Shown here in pieces: positions 29,567 to 43,799 of a DNA stretch of 64,000 nucleotides. Position numbers and translations under genes: made by a program. Within the stretch, counting starts at the first letter, position 1; every line of letters starts with the position of its first letter. The notes beneath the pieces are model-generated. The model had not been told where the DNA came from, made no database searches, and saw only the letters and a program-made list of their open reading frames with translations. This DNA comes from an uncultured bacterium (lineage in GTDB: Bacteria; Bacillota_I; Bacilli_A; RFN20; CAG-826): NCBI GenBank assembly GCA_949295325.1, contig CASFKG010000001.1:485119-549118 (forward strand). The letters run 5' to 3'.

Positions 29567-29993
29567 GTGCGATAAATCGGATGCACCGGCCTTGGCCGAA
29601 CTGGAAAAGCAGTGCTTTGAGTACCCCTTCAGCGGAAAAGACTTCGAAAACGAATTCGAAAACAACCCTTTTGCGGCGATTATCGCTTTATGGATCGAAG
29701 AATCGCTAATCGGTTACCTCGAATACATGGTTACGTACGACTCTAGCACGGTGGTAAGGATCGGCGTTCTCCCGGCTTTCAGGAGGAAGGGCTTCGCTTC
29801 GAGGCTATTCCATGCGATGTTCGAAGAATTAAAGGCTCTGGAAGAACCACCTTCCACCTCTACTTTGGAAGTATCGGTGGACAACGTCGGGGCCATCGCC
29901 TTGTATAGGAAAGAAGGCTATGTCGAAGCCTCGGTAAAGAAGGGATATTACAAAGACGGCAGCGATGCCATCTACATGGTGAAGGGATTATGA
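29550..29993 (+). CDS. rimI: RimI-like GNAT acetyltransferase
   Basis: FRRKGFA, LEVSVDNVGAIALY, YYKDGSDAIYM; canonical position between tsaB and tsaD. Confidence 0.88.
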   Translation: MCRISRCDKSDAPALAELEKQCFEYPFSGKDFENEFENNPFAAIIALWIEESLIGYLEYMVTYDSSTVVRIGVLPAFRRKGFASRLFHAMFEELKALEEPPSTSTLEVSVDNVGAIALYRKEGYVEASVKKGYYKDGSDAIYMVKGL

Positions 29994-31009
29994 GCAACAT
30001 ATTGGCAATCGAATCTAGCTGCGACGAAACCGCCGTCGCGGTTCTCTCGGGCGACAGGCTTCTGTCTTCCGTCATTTCCTCCCAGATCGACATGCACCGG
30101 AAGTACGGAGGCGTCATGCCGGAAATTGCTTCGAGGCTGCACGTGGAAAATATCGGCGTCTGCCTGAAGGAAGCCATCGGGAAGTCCGGTCTTTCCTTCG
30201 GAGACATGAATGCTTTCGCGGTAACCCGCGGACCGGGGCTTGCCGGATGTCTCCATGTCGGCGTCCAGGCCGCCAAGACCCTTTCCATGCTTTACGGCAA
30301 GCCGCTTATAGCCGTCCACCATTTAGCCGGGCATATCTACGCGAACGAATACGTCGGGGAGCTAAAGTTCCCGCTTCTTGCCGTGGTCGTTTCCGGCGGC
30401 AATTCCGAACTCGTCTATATGCCAAGGCACATGGAATTCGAGGTGCTCGGGGCTACGCGCGACGACGCGGTCGGGGAGTGCTACGACAAGGTCGCGAGGG
30501 TTCTCGGCCTTCCTTATCCGGGCGGCCTGCCCATCGACCAGAAAGCCAAATTCGGCAGGCATACCTACGACCTGCCGCTGCCATTAAGGGCCAAGGGGAC
30601 CTACGACTTCTCCTATTCCGGTCTGAAGACCGCGGTGATAAATCTAGTCCACAAAATAGAGAGCCGCGGCGAGAAGGTCAATGTCGAGGACATGTGCCGC
30701 AGCTTCCAAGATACGGCCATAGAAATGATAGTGAGCCACGCGATTGCCGCGGCAAAAGACAAGGACGTCCGACAGATCGTCCTTTCCGGCGGCGTGAGCG
30801 CCAATTCCTATCTCCGTTTGGAAATAGAACGCCGTCTTCTCGATTCCGGAATCGAAGTGCTTCTCCCTCCTTTGTGGTGCACGACCGACAACGCGGCCAT
30901 GATCGCGAAGGTGGCAAGCCACCTCTACGACATGAAGTTCTTTGCCCCGCTCGACATCGCACCCGATCCCAATTGGAAGATCGAGGACTGGCGGAAACTT
31001 TCCTTGTAG
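29990..31009 (+). CDS. tsaD: t6A transferase TsaD
   Basis: IESSCDET, HHLAGH, VSGG, DDAVGECYDK, SYSGLKT, TDNAAMI. Confidence 0.98.
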   Translation: MSNILAIESSCDETAVAVLSGDRLLSSVISSQIDMHRKYGGVMPEIASRLHVENIGVCLKEAIGKSGLSFGDMNAFAVTRGPGLAGCLHVGVQAAKTLSMLYGKPLIAVHHLAGHIYANEYVGELKFPLLAVVVSGGNSELVYMPRHMEFEVLGATRDDAVGECYDKVARVLGLPYPGGLPIDQKAKFGRHTYDLPLPLRAKGTYDFSYSGLKTAVINLVHKIESRGEKVNVEDMCRSFQDTAIEMIVSHAIAAAKDKDVRQIVLSGGVSANSYLRLEIERRLLDSGIEVLLPPLWCTTDNAAMIAKVASHLYDMKFFAPLDIAPDPNWKIEDWRKLSL

Positions 31010-31027
31010 CGTGCTAAAATCTCGACC

Positions 31028-32401
31028 ATGCAGGATAGTCTAGTAAAAGATCTATACGCCCAATACGAAGAAGGGCGTCTATCGGAAACGGAAATCGCCT
31101 TGGAAGGTTGGGTAAGGACCAACCGCGATAACGGAAAGATCGGTTTTATCGAACTCAATGACGGGACCAGTTTCAAGAACATCCAGATCGTCTATGACGG
31201 CGATAGCGTGCTTGGCGAAAAGATGCGCCACTACAAAACCGGAGCCGCCATATCGGTAAAAGGCAACCTCAAGCTTACGCCCGGTGCCCCCCAGCCTTTC
31301 GAACTCAAAGCCGTCGAAAGCGAACTAATCGGCGACGTGGATGCCGATTATCCCCTCCAGAAGAAACGGCATTCCTTCGAGTTCCTGCGCGAAATCGCCC
31401 ATCTTAGGCCGAGGACCAATACCTTCAATGCCCTCTACCGGGTACGTTCTGTTTTGGCCTATGCCATCCATTCCTTCTTTTTCGAGAAGGGATTCGTCTA
31501 CGTCCATACCCCGGAAATAACGACAAACGACGCAGAAGGAGCGGGACAGTCCTTCGAAGTGGTTACCCGGGCCAAGGATCCCTACAAGGATTTCTACGGC
31601 ACGACCGCGAGTCTCACCGTTTCGGGACAGCTCCACGTCGAGCCTTTCGCCCTTGCCTACCGCAACGTCTACACCTTCGGCCCGACATTCCGGGCGGAAA
31701 AATCCAATACCCCGCGCCATGCCTCGGAGTTTTGGATGATCGAACCGGAAATGGCTTTCTGCGACCTCAAGGGCGATATGGAGGTAATAGAGGCTTTGAT
31801 CAAGCATTGCATCCGGTTCGTCAGGGCCCACTGCAAGGACGAAATGGCCTTCTTCAACCAGTTCGTCGACAAGGGCCTGGACGAAAAACTTGACAGGGTG
31901 CTGAATAGCGACTTCAAGGTCATGACCTATACCGAGGGCATCGAGATACTCAAGAAAGCCGTGGCCGACGGACATAAATTCGATAACCCCAACATCTACT
32001 GGGGAATGGACCTGCAAAGCGAACACGAGCGTTATCTGACGGAAGCCGTGGCCAAAGGACCGGTATTCCTCATCGACTATCCCAAGGAAATCAAGGCCTT
32101 CTACATGAAGGAAAACCCGGACGGCAAAACCGTGGCCGCCTGCGACTTGCTCGTGCCTCTAGAAGGCGAAATTGTCGGAGGTTCGCAGAGGGAAGACATC
32201 TACGGAAAGCTTAAGGAAAAGATGGAAAAGGCCGGCAACGCCGAGGGACTGGCCTGGTATTTGGACCTGCGCCGCTACGGCGGCTGCTCCCACTCCGGCT
32301 TCGGCCTCGGATTCGATAGGTTCCTTGCCTATCTGACCGGCATGGCCAACATCCGCGACACCGAGCCTTATCCAAGGACCTACGGGAACCTGAAGTACTG
32401 A
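31028..32401 (+). CDS. asnS: Asparagine-tRNA ligase
   Basis: LTVSGQL, FGPTFRAEKSNTPRHASEFWMIEPE, GGSQRE, GFGLGFDR. Confidence 0.98.
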   Translation: MQDSLVKDLYAQYEEGRLSETEIALEGWVRTNRDNGKIGFIELNDGTSFKNIQIVYDGDSVLGEKMRHYKTGAAISVKGNLKLTPGAPQPFELKAVESELIGDVDADYPLQKKRHSFEFLREIAHLRPRTNTFNALYRVRSVLAYAIHSFFFEKGFVYVHTPEITTNDAEGAGQSFEVVTRAKDPYKDFYGTTASLTVSGQLHVEPFALAYRNVYTFGPTFRAEKSNTPRHASEFWMIEPEMAFCDLKGDMEVIEALIKHCIRFVRAHCKDEMAFFNQFVDKGLDEKLDRVLNSDFKVMTYTEGIEILKKAVADGHKFDNPNIYWGMDLQSEHERYLTEAVAKGPVFLIDYPKEIKAFYMKENPDGKTVAACDLLVPLEGEIVGGSQREDIYGKLKEKMEKAGNAEGLAWYLDLRRYGGCSHSGFGLGFDRFLAYLTGMANIRDTEPYPRTYGNLKY

Positions 32402-32402
32402 T

Positions 32403-32570
32403 ATGGAAAACGATAATCCTTTGATCGTCGACAATCCCCCCGAGGCCAAATCGCCTAAGAAAATCGCGGAAGAGAAACTCTCCCGCAAAAGGATTTTCTA
32501 CGCGATAGTCGGGCTTTGCTTGGTTTTGGCCGCGCTCATCGTCTGGGAGATCGTCGACCTTTTCCTCTAG
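32403..32570 (+). CDS. Small (55 aa) C-terminally anchored membrane protein, absent from the ORF track
   Basis: ATG 1 nt after the asnS stop; MENDNPLIVDNPPEAKSPKKIAEEKLSRKRIFYAIVGLCLVLAALIVWEIVDLFL*; exactly fills the gap. Confidence 0.75.
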   Translation: MENDNPLIVDNPPEAKSPKKIAEEKLSRKRIFYAIVGLCLVLAALIVWEIVDLFL

Positions 32571-33250
32571 TCCCCTTTCTTTCCTTCTTCCTTCTTTTCG
32601 TCCTCTTTCTTGCTGGGATTGCCCTTCAGGGCAAAGGCATCGAAGTAATTGAAGCTTTCCAGATGGTGATCGTAGATGCTGGAGGCCCTTTTGTTCGTCC
32701 TAAGTAGACGTGAAACGTAACCTAGGCTGACGACTAGGTAATATACGCCCGAGACTATCCATATCGGCATGACGGTATAGGCCAGCCAATAGTCGGCGAC
32801 GGCGTGGGGGAGGCCTCCGTACTCGTCGTCCATAAGTGGAGGGAAGCGGCACGGAAGCGTTATTCCGAAGAATTCGTGGAAGTTATCGGGGTTGCTCCAG
32901 TCGAAACGGTAGAAAAGGGTCGAGAACTGCCCTATGAGATCGTCGCCCCAGCGGCCGGTAGCCGTGTTGGCAAAGACGAATATGAGCAGTCCCAAGACCG
33001 CCAATCCCACGGGGATAAGGGATTCCTGGAAGTAGATCCGGTGGTTTTTCTTCTTGGCCAGGGCCTTGAAACTTGCCGGGTCATGCACGGTCCCGGTCCT
33101 CGCGGCCTTACCCATTTCCCGATCGATGCGGTCACCCTGGACTTCCATGAGCTTTCTTATCGCCATGCCGATCAGGCCGAGAAGGATGAAGACCACGACG
33201 AAAATAACTAGAAGGGCGATGAGAAGCTTTTTGTCACTGCTGTCCATCAT
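32567..33250 (-). CDS. Hypothetical membrane protein (3 TM)
   Basis: GGAGGA RBS; three hydrophobic helices; overlaps the upstream gene. Confidence 0.75.
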   Translation of the reverse strand: MMDSSDKKLLIALLVIFVVVFILLGLIGMAIRKLMEVQGDRIDREMGKAARTGTVHDPASFKALAKKKNHRIYFQESLIPVGLAVLGLLIFVFANTATGRWGDDLIGQFSTLFYRFDWSNPDNFHEFFGITLPCRFPPLMDDEYGGLPHAVADYWLAYTVMPIWIVSGVYYLVVSLGYVSRLLRTNKRASSIYDHHLESFNYFDAFALKGNPSKKEDEKKEEGKKGD

Positions 33251-33749
33251 CGTCCTCCATGGTTATGTCAATAACCTCATCTTCCGATTCCGGGGCTTTC
33301 TGCTCTATCGCGGTTGGGGAAGCCGCCGCCGCGGCATTGGCTTGTTCGATGGCCCTATGATCGACTCCGGGGATATCGGGAATCCTCGCGTTGGGTAAGG
33401 GCGGAACGGCAGCGCCGCCGAAATTGGGCTGATTGTTTTGGGGCGGCACGCCCTGGTAGATATTCTGCTGCACGTAGACGTTCGTCGTTGCGGGCTTTAC
33501 TTCCGCGGGGGTCTTGCTTTCCTCCCCGTCGTTCTCCAGACCTTTGTCTAATAGGCGTTCCGCCTTCACGTCTTCTTCGAATTCCGGGAAGAACTTCTGT
33601 CCCTTGAAGAACCTCACCAGTCCCGCGAATCCGGTTACAACAAAGTTGTAAAGGCCATAGATGGAGAACGCCAAAAGGACGAGCAGAAGCACCGGGCTAA
33701 GGATCATGTAGAGCAATCCCAATCCGAAGGACTTGATGAAGTTAAGCAT
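33234..33749 (-). CDS. Hypothetical membrane-anchored protein with Pro/Gln-rich disordered tail
   Basis: GGAAAGGGA RBS before ATG 33749; N-terminal hydrophobic segment. Confidence 0.75.
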   Translation of the reverse strand: MLNFIKSFGLGLLYMILSPVLLLVLLAFSIYGLYNFVVTGFAGLVRFFKGQKFFPEFEEDVKAERLLDKGLENDGEESKTPAEVKPATTNVYVQQNIYQGVPPQNNQPNFGGAAVPPLPNARIPDIPGVDHRAIEQANAAAAASPTAIEQKAPESEDEVIDITMEDDDGQQ

Positions 33750-34644
33750 TTCCCTTTCCTTGCCTAGAGATAATAGCACTAGTTAGGCCGCCTATACCCG
33801 CGGATAAAAAATACAAAGACGCCAAGGTGGCGGCGGTTTCGTAGGGGAGATAGGAGTAGATGGCTGCCATGAGGATGAGCGAGACAAAGCATCCGAATCC
33901 GAAAACCACCCAGCCGGCCTTGCTTCCCGAGTAGTGGATTGTCGCCAAGGACATGAGCCCGGAGTAGATGCTCATAAGGAAGGAAACATAGCAGAGGCTA
34001 GGCAGATAGAAGGCTCCTGCAAGTGTCGTCGCCGTAAAGAATACGGTCAAAGCCGGAAACAGAAACGGAAAGGCGTTTTCCGGCGCAAAATCCGCTTTGA
34101 ATCTTCCGAATTCGAGGCTGATCACGAAGGCCGATAGAGCGGTGGCGAGACTTGCATAACAAAAAACGATTGCCGGGAAGAGGGCCTGACCGAATGAATT
34201 ATCCGCGATTCCCATCACCGTAAGCAGTAGGGTCACCGGGTTTATTCCGTATAGAAAATCGATCAAAGGGAGGCAGGCATAGACGATCCCCGTGTAGGCA
34301 AGAGACGAAAGAAGGGTCAGAAGGCTTAGCGGGAGTCCCTTCTTCGACAAATATCCGAAAACCAAGCCGACGACGATGCTTGGGAAGGTGTAAAAAAGCG
34401 TTGATTCGTAGTTGTAGGCAGTTACCGCAAGGGAAAGGCCGAGGGAGGCCACCGCGTATATCAGACAATAACGTCCTTTGCAGAGCAATCCGGTCAAAGC
34501 GCTTGCCGGCGGTAGCAGGAGCATTACCAATAGTCCCCCAAGAGGCAAAAAGGAGGCGACGACGCTCAGCAATACGTTTACCGCCGCCATGACGGAAACG
34601 AAGGCGACGTTTTCGTTTTTGCTGACCCTCGGGGCGAAGAACAC
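33742..34644 (-). CDS. Polytopic membrane protein (DUF2232/YybS-like)
   Basis: About 9 TM helices; start inferred at GTG 34644 (uncertain). Confidence 0.55.
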   Translation of the reverse strand: MFFAPRVSKNENVAFVSVMAAVNVLLSVVASFLPLGGLLVMLLLPPASALTGLLCKGRYCLIYAVASLGLSLAVTAYNYESTLFYTFPSIVVGLVFGYLSKKGLPLSLLTLLSSLAYTGIVYACLPLIDFLYGINPVTLLLTVMGIADNSFGQALFPAIVFCYASLATALSAFVISLEFGRFKADFAPENAFPFLFPALTVFFTATTLAGAFYLPSLCYVSFLMSIYSGLMSLATIHYSGSKAGWVVFGFGCFVSLILMAAIYSYLPYETAATLASLYFLSAGIGGLTSAIISRQGKGNA

Positions 34645-34761
34645 CACGCTAATTATTGTTGCACCGGCCGCAAAAGAAAAACACATAAATCGATGTCCTG
34701 AATTTATCCCAGCGGCTTCGTGGTGCTTTCTAAGAAAGCAATATCTATTTAAACTATACGG

Positions 34762-39034
<4,273 letters not shown>

Positions 39035-39035
<1 letters not shown>

Positions 39036-39065
39036 AAAAAGAGGCGCAAATCGCGCCTCTTTTTT
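39035..39065. terminator. Bidirectional intrinsic terminator
   Basis: AAAAAAGAGGCGC-AAATC-GCGCCTCTTTTTT between convergent genes. Confidence 0.88.
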
Positions 39066-39075
39066 GTCAAAGACT

Positions 39076-39885
39076 CTATTCGTCCTTCTTTTCCCCGCCT
39101 TTGTCCTCGAGGGCCTTGGGTTCTTCGGTCGACTCGACGGACGGTGTTTCCTGAATCTGTTTGGAGGGATTTTCCTCCTTCTTTCCGGTCATGTCGAATT
39201 CGGCATCGGGAGCGACTTGTTTGTCCTCGGCGGCCTCCTCTGCCGTCTGCCCTTCTTCCACGGCCTTTGCAAGGGCCTTGGCCGCCATCCTCATCTCGCG
39301 GAGGACAGTGGTCGTGTAAACGATGAGCATGATTGCCGCGGCGACGAAGAAGATGCCGATGACGACCAGGAAGATGGTGAACATCATCTCGCCCGTAACG
39401 AAGGCAAGCACCAGGGATCCTAGGACGATGAGGACGGCTCCGAGCACTATTTCGACGATTGGAAGATAAAGGCTATAGAATTTCTTGACTATGAAGGCGA
39501 TTCCAAAGAGGACCAGGAAGACGCCTCCGACTATCATCAGTATCCCGATGAAGGTTGCGAGTATTCCGATCACGTTGAGTATTTCGGTGGAAACGAACGT
39601 AATCCCCAAGGCGAGTTCGAAGGCTCCGGGGACGATGTTCGCGAAGTGGAGGGACTTGGCATCGGTTATCCTGAACAAGGGTATGAAGTCGCTTACGATG
39701 CGGAGGGATCCGTCGGCAATCAGTATCGTGCCAACTAGTATGAGGAAGATGTTACGCAGGGTTTCGTTCTGGCAGAAGATAAGGAAACAGATGCCGGCAA
39801 CCAATAGCAAAGCGGCTTCCACGTAGTTCCATATGGCCAGGTAGAGGGGGATGGATTTGATCTTTTTGCTCAATTTGCTTTCCAT
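39076..39885 (-). CDS. Membrane protein (HdeD/DUF308-like, 6 TM, acidic tail)
   Basis: Repeated helical-hairpin TM pattern; GAAAGG RBS. Confidence 0.6.
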   Translation of the reverse strand: MESKLSKKIKSIPLYLAIWNYVEAALLLVAGICFLIFCQNETLRNIFLILVGTILIADGSLRIVSDFIPLFRITDAKSLHFANIVPGAFELALGITFVSTEILNVIGILATFIGILMIVGGVFLVLFGIAFIVKKFYSLYLPIVEIVLGAVLIVLGSLVLAFVTGEMMFTIFLVVIGIFFVAAAIMLIVYTTTVLREMRMAAKALAKAVEEGQTAEEAAEDKQVAPDAEFDMTGKKEENPSKQIQETPSVESTEEPKALEDKGGEKKDE

Positions 39886-39936
39886 GTTGTTTAGCCTTTC
39901 GGTTGGTTAGGTATATATTAGCCCCGAGGTTAATTT

Positions 39937-41166
39937 ATGGACAAAAAGAAATTGGAAAACTATGCCCGCCTCATCGCCGTAAGCGGCGGTGCGGTCCAAA
40001 AAGGACAGGAGGTTTACATAACTTCGTCAACGGAAGTCGCCTACTTCGCAGAGATGGTAGCCAAGCAATGCTATCTTGCCGGGGCCAGCCGCGTCAGGAT
40101 CAAATGGACCAACGAAGAACTCGATAGGCTCAACTACCAGTATGCGGACGAGGAAAATCTCTCCACCCTAAACGAATTGGATAAGGGCGAGCAGGAGTAT
40201 CTGAACGCAGCGCTCCCGGTCATGATTTATCTTGAAAGCGATGACCCGGACGGTTTGGCCGGAGTCGACGGCGGCAAACTGAGCCGCGTCCTCAAGGCGC
40301 GCAAGCTCGCCATCAAGCCCTTCCGGGCAAAGAGGGAAAACCGCTATCAGTGGTGCATCGCCGGCGCCCCAGGCATGGCTTGGGCCAAAAAGGTCTACCC
40401 GGACCTTGCCCCCGAAGAAGCCCTCGAAGCCCTTTGGACCGCGGTCCTCAAGGTTTCGCGTGCCTTCGAAGGCGACCCGGTCAAGAACTGGGAAGAACAC
40501 GAAGCCGATCTGAAAGCGAGAAAGGCAAAGATGAATTCCTTCCATCTCCGCCGTCTCGTCTACAAGTCCTCCAACGGCACCGACTTCTCGGTCGGGCTCA
40601 TCCCCGGAGTCATCTTCGAAGCCGGGGGAGAGATGACCCGCGGCGGGACCGTTCTCTTCCAGCCAAACATCCCTACCGAGGAATGCTTCACCACCCCGAT
40701 GAAGGGCGATGCGGAAGGCATCGTCTACGCGAGCAAGCCCCTTAGCTACAACGGGACGCTGATCGAGGATTTCTCCGTCCGGTTTGAGAAGGGCAAGGCC
40801 GTGGAAGTGCATGCGAAAAAAGGACAGGAGGCATTGGAGTCCATACTTCATATCGACGAGGGCAGCGCTTACCTTGGCGAATGCGCTCTGGTGCCGTTTG
40901 ATTCGCCGATAAACCTTTCCAACATCCTGTTCTTCAGCACCCTTTACGACGAGAACGCCGCCTGCCATCTGGCCCTGGGGCGCGGCTTCGAAACCCTGTA
41001 CCCCGGGTATGACGAATTGGGCGACGACGAGGTCCATAAGCGCGGCATGAATACATCGACAAGCCACGTCGACTTCATGATCGGCAACCGCGACCTCGAC
41101 ATAACCGGCATCGACGAAAACGGCAAGGAAATTCCCATATTCCGCCACGGGACCTGGGCCTTCTAG
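39937..41166 (+). CDS. Aminopeptidase, M29 family (AmpS/PepS)
   Basis: PNIPTEECFT, LGECALV, DENAACHLALG, HVDFMIG. Confidence 0.95.
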   Translation: MDKKKLENYARLIAVSGGAVQKGQEVYITSSTEVAYFAEMVAKQCYLAGASRVRIKWTNEELDRLNYQYADEENLSTLNELDKGEQEYLNAALPVMIYLESDDPDGLAGVDGGKLSRVLKARKLAIKPFRAKRENRYQWCIAGAPGMAWAKKVYPDLAPEEALEALWTAVLKVSRAFEGDPVKNWEEHEADLKARKAKMNSFHLRRLVYKSSNGTDFSVGLIPGVIFEAGGEMTRGGTVLFQPNIPTEECFTTPMKGDAEGIVYASKPLSYNGTLIEDFSVRFEKGKAVEVHAKKGQEALESILHIDEGSAYLGECALVPFDSPINLSNILFFSTLYDENAACHLALGRGFETLYPGYDELGDDEVHKRGMNTSTSHVDFMIGNRDLDITGIDENGKEIPIFRHGTWAF

Positions 41167-41171
41167 GATTT

Positions 41172-41200
41172 ACCCCGCTCCTGCGGGGTTTTCTTTTTCT
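41172..41200 (+). terminator. Intrinsic terminator
   Basis: ACCCCGC-TCCT-GCGGGGT followed by a T-run. Confidence 0.85.
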
Positions 41201-41261
41201 TCCGTTGCAGAAATCCCCATTTTTTCCTTGGGATTAAACAGACTTTGGCTATAATTTGCCT

Positions 41262-43496
41262 ATGGCAAGAAAATCCGAACGACCGGATCCCAGCGTCCAT
41301 CTGAAGTGCCTCAACGGCATCAGCAGCTGGGAAATAGTTTCGCCTTTTTCCGAAAAGGCCCTTTTGCACGACGGCCCGAGTGGCCTTCGCATCGACGATC
41401 CTTCCTGCTGGGGAAGAAACATCCCTTCCAGTTCCTATCCTTCGGCTTCGGCTTTGGCCTGCTCCTTCGATTTGGCCTTGGCCGAAAGGGCCGGGGAAGC
41501 CATGGGGAATAATTTTTCCAACGCCAAAGTCGACCTGGCCTTGGCTCCTGCCTGCAACATAAAACGCAGCGCCCTCTGCGGCCGCAACTGGGAATACTAT
41601 AGCGAGGACCCGCTCCTATCCGGATCGATGGCGGCCGCGGTCATCAACGGCCTTCAGTCTTCCGGGGTCGGCGCGTGCCTCAAGCACTATCTCTGCAATT
41701 CGCAGGAGTATTACCGCCATGTCAACGAATCGGTGGTAAGCGACCGTGCCCTTAGGGAAATATATGCCCGCAATTTCGAAATAGCCTTGCAGAACAGCAA
41801 GCCCGCTGCCGTGATGACTTCCTATAACCGCGTCAACGGCGAGTACGTAAACGGTTCGAAGTACCTCCTGGATACACTTCTCCGCAAGGAGTTCGGCTTC
41901 GATTCCCTGGTCATCAGCGACTGGAATGCGGCCACCAATAACGACGGAAGCTATTTCGCCTGCGGCCTAGATGTCGAAATGCCTTGCCGCCCGAGCGCCT
42001 TGGAAGACTACGAAAAAGGCTACGGCCATACCTTCGGCGAAGCCGATTTGAACCAAAGGCTTACCGAAATCGGCCGTTTCTTCTCGTTTGTGAAACGCCA
42101 CAAGCAGATGGCCAGGGCCGACGACCCGAAGGCCGACTACGATTTGTCAGTGGGTCTATACGAGAAATGCGCGGTGCTGGCCAAAAACGATTCGTTCTTT
42201 CCGCTTGGCAAGGACGACGACGTTCTCGTGGTCGGATATCTAGCAACCCACCCCTATTATGTGGGAGGAGGATCGGGAAAGACCGAGGCGATAATAAAGA
42301 AGAATTTCCTCGATGTCCTCAACGAAAAGGGCCACGGATACGTTTTTATCGACGGCTACCGGCCCAATACCGAGATGGATTTGTCGAGTCTCTCCAAAAT
42401 TGCCGGCGAACACAAGAAGGTCCTCTTCTTCATGGGCGCCTACGACGGCGACGAGTCGGAAGGATATGACCGAAAGGACATGGCGATCCACCGCGAGCAG
42501 CTGCTGGCCCTGGCCACAGTACTTAAGGAAAATCCGAGGGTCGGCGTCATTTTGGAGGCCGGGTCCCCCTACGACGTTTCTCTCTTCAAGGACCACGTCA
42601 AAGGGCTATTCATCGCCTATCCCGGCGGAATGGGAATGTCGGAAGCCCTCTACAATCTGGTCTACGGCAAGGCCAATCCCTCCGGCCATCTGGCCGAATC
42701 CTGGCCAATGAGCCTCGCTGACAATCCGCTTTACGGGCATTTTCACGAGGATCCATACCATAGCTATTACGACGAGGACATATACGTCGGTTACCGCTAC
42801 TACGATACCTTCGGCGTTGATGTCGCCTATCCTTTCGGGCACGGTCTCAGCTACTCGGATTTCGTCTATGAAAACCTCAAGGTCTATCCTAGCCGCGGCG
42901 GTTACGAAGCCGAGGTCAAGGTAAAAAACGATTCCCCGATGGACGGTGAGGCCCTAGTCCTTGTTTTCTCCAGCAAGAAAGGCAGCGCCATCTACCGCGA
43001 AAAGCATTCGCTCGTAGGCTTCGCCAAGGCTTTTGTCAAAGCCGGGGAAGAAGCGGCCGTAAAGGTTAAAATCAACAAAACCTGTCTCAAGGTTTATCCA
43101 AGCAAGGACGAGGAAGGGTATATCGAGGACGGTGATTACGTCTTCTCCGCCGGGCCAAACGTGAACGTGCTTCCGTTATCCGCCTCCGTTAGGCTCAAGG
43201 GCCGCAAGGCCAAGTCCATGCCGCAGCCGGTGAAGCTTCCAAGACGGCATTACGACTACGAATACCGTTTCGACATCAATACACCGGCCGCCGCCTTCTG
43301 CTACATAAGTGACTATTTCAGGCGGCACAAGAACCTGTTTAGCAGCGAAGGCGAGTACCAGTGGTTCACCCACTCCGAAGAACCGATCAGGGTCATATTC
43401 ACAAACCCGAACTTCAGCCGCGACGAAATACTCCAAGCCATCGACGAGGCCAACGAGTTAATCGGCGGGAAAAGCTTCGTGCCCCTCACCAAGTAG
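41262..43496 (+). CDS. GH3 beta-glucosidase (cytoplasmic)
   Basis: DGPSGLR, CGRNWEYYSEDP, LKHY, ISDW nucleophile, ESEGYDR, YPFGHGLSY, Fn3-like tail; no signal peptide. Confidence 0.93.
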   Translation: MARKSERPDPSVHLKCLNGISSWEIVSPFSEKALLHDGPSGLRIDDPSCWGRNIPSSSYPSASALACSFDLALAERAGEAMGNNFSNAKVDLALAPACNIKRSALCGRNWEYYSEDPLLSGSMAAAVINGLQSSGVGACLKHYLCNSQEYYRHVNESVVSDRALREIYARNFEIALQNSKPAAVMTSYNRVNGEYVNGSKYLLDTLLRKEFGFDSLVISDWNAATNNDGSYFACGLDVEMPCRPSALEDYEKGYGHTFGEADLNQRLTEIGRFFSFVKRHKQMARADDPKADYDLSVGLYEKCAVLAKNDSFFPLGKDDDVLVVGYLATHPYYVGGGSGKTEAIIKKNFLDVLNEKGHGYVFIDGYRPNTEMDLSSLSKIAGEHKKVLFFMGAYDGDESEGYDRKDMAIHREQLLALATVLKENPRVGVILEAGSPYDVSLFKDHVKGLFIAYPGGMGMSEALYNLVYGKANPSGHLAESWPMSLADNPLYGHFHEDPYHSYYDEDIYVGYRYYDTFGVDVAYPFGHGLSYSDFVYENLKVYPSRGGYEAEVKVKNDSPMDGEALVLVFSSKKGSAIYREKHSLVGFAKAFVKAGEEAAVKVKINKTCLKVYPSKDEEGYIEDGDYVFSAGPNVNVLPLSASVRLKGRKAKSMPQPVKLPRRHYDYEYRFDINTPAAAFCYISDYFRRHKNLFSSEGEYQWFTHSEEPIRVIFTNPNFSRDEILQAIDEANELIGGKSFVPLTK

Positions 43497-43799
43497 TTCG
43501 AAGTCGACCAGATCCCCAAAGGGAATCTCGGGGCCATCTGGAATGATGGCCTTTTTCCTGTGGACATCCAGCCTTATCCCCGATGCCTGCATGGTTACCA
43601 CGTTCCCGTCATCGAAATACGTGATGTTTGCTGTCCCGCCACTGTAAAGGCGCATTGCCCTGTCGATTTCTTCAGCTTTCTCGCTCGATATAAGCGGTTT
43701 GTCCGCCTTTCTTTTCCTATCCATCATTTGCTTCAGGAAATCGGATTGTTCGTTGAGGCTCTTGTAAGGGAGCCATTTCATCATGCCGCGGTCTTTCAT
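43458..43799 (-). CDS. YolD-like protein
   Basis: MKDRGMMKWLPYKSL N-terminus; ATGA-coupled to a Y-family polymerase. Confidence 0.85.
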   Translation of the reverse strand: MKDRGMMKWLPYKSLNEQSDFLKQMMDRKRKADKPLISSEKAEEIDRAMRLYSGGTANITYFDDGNVVTMQASGIRLDVHRKKAIIPDGPEIPFGDLVDFELLGEGHEAFPAD

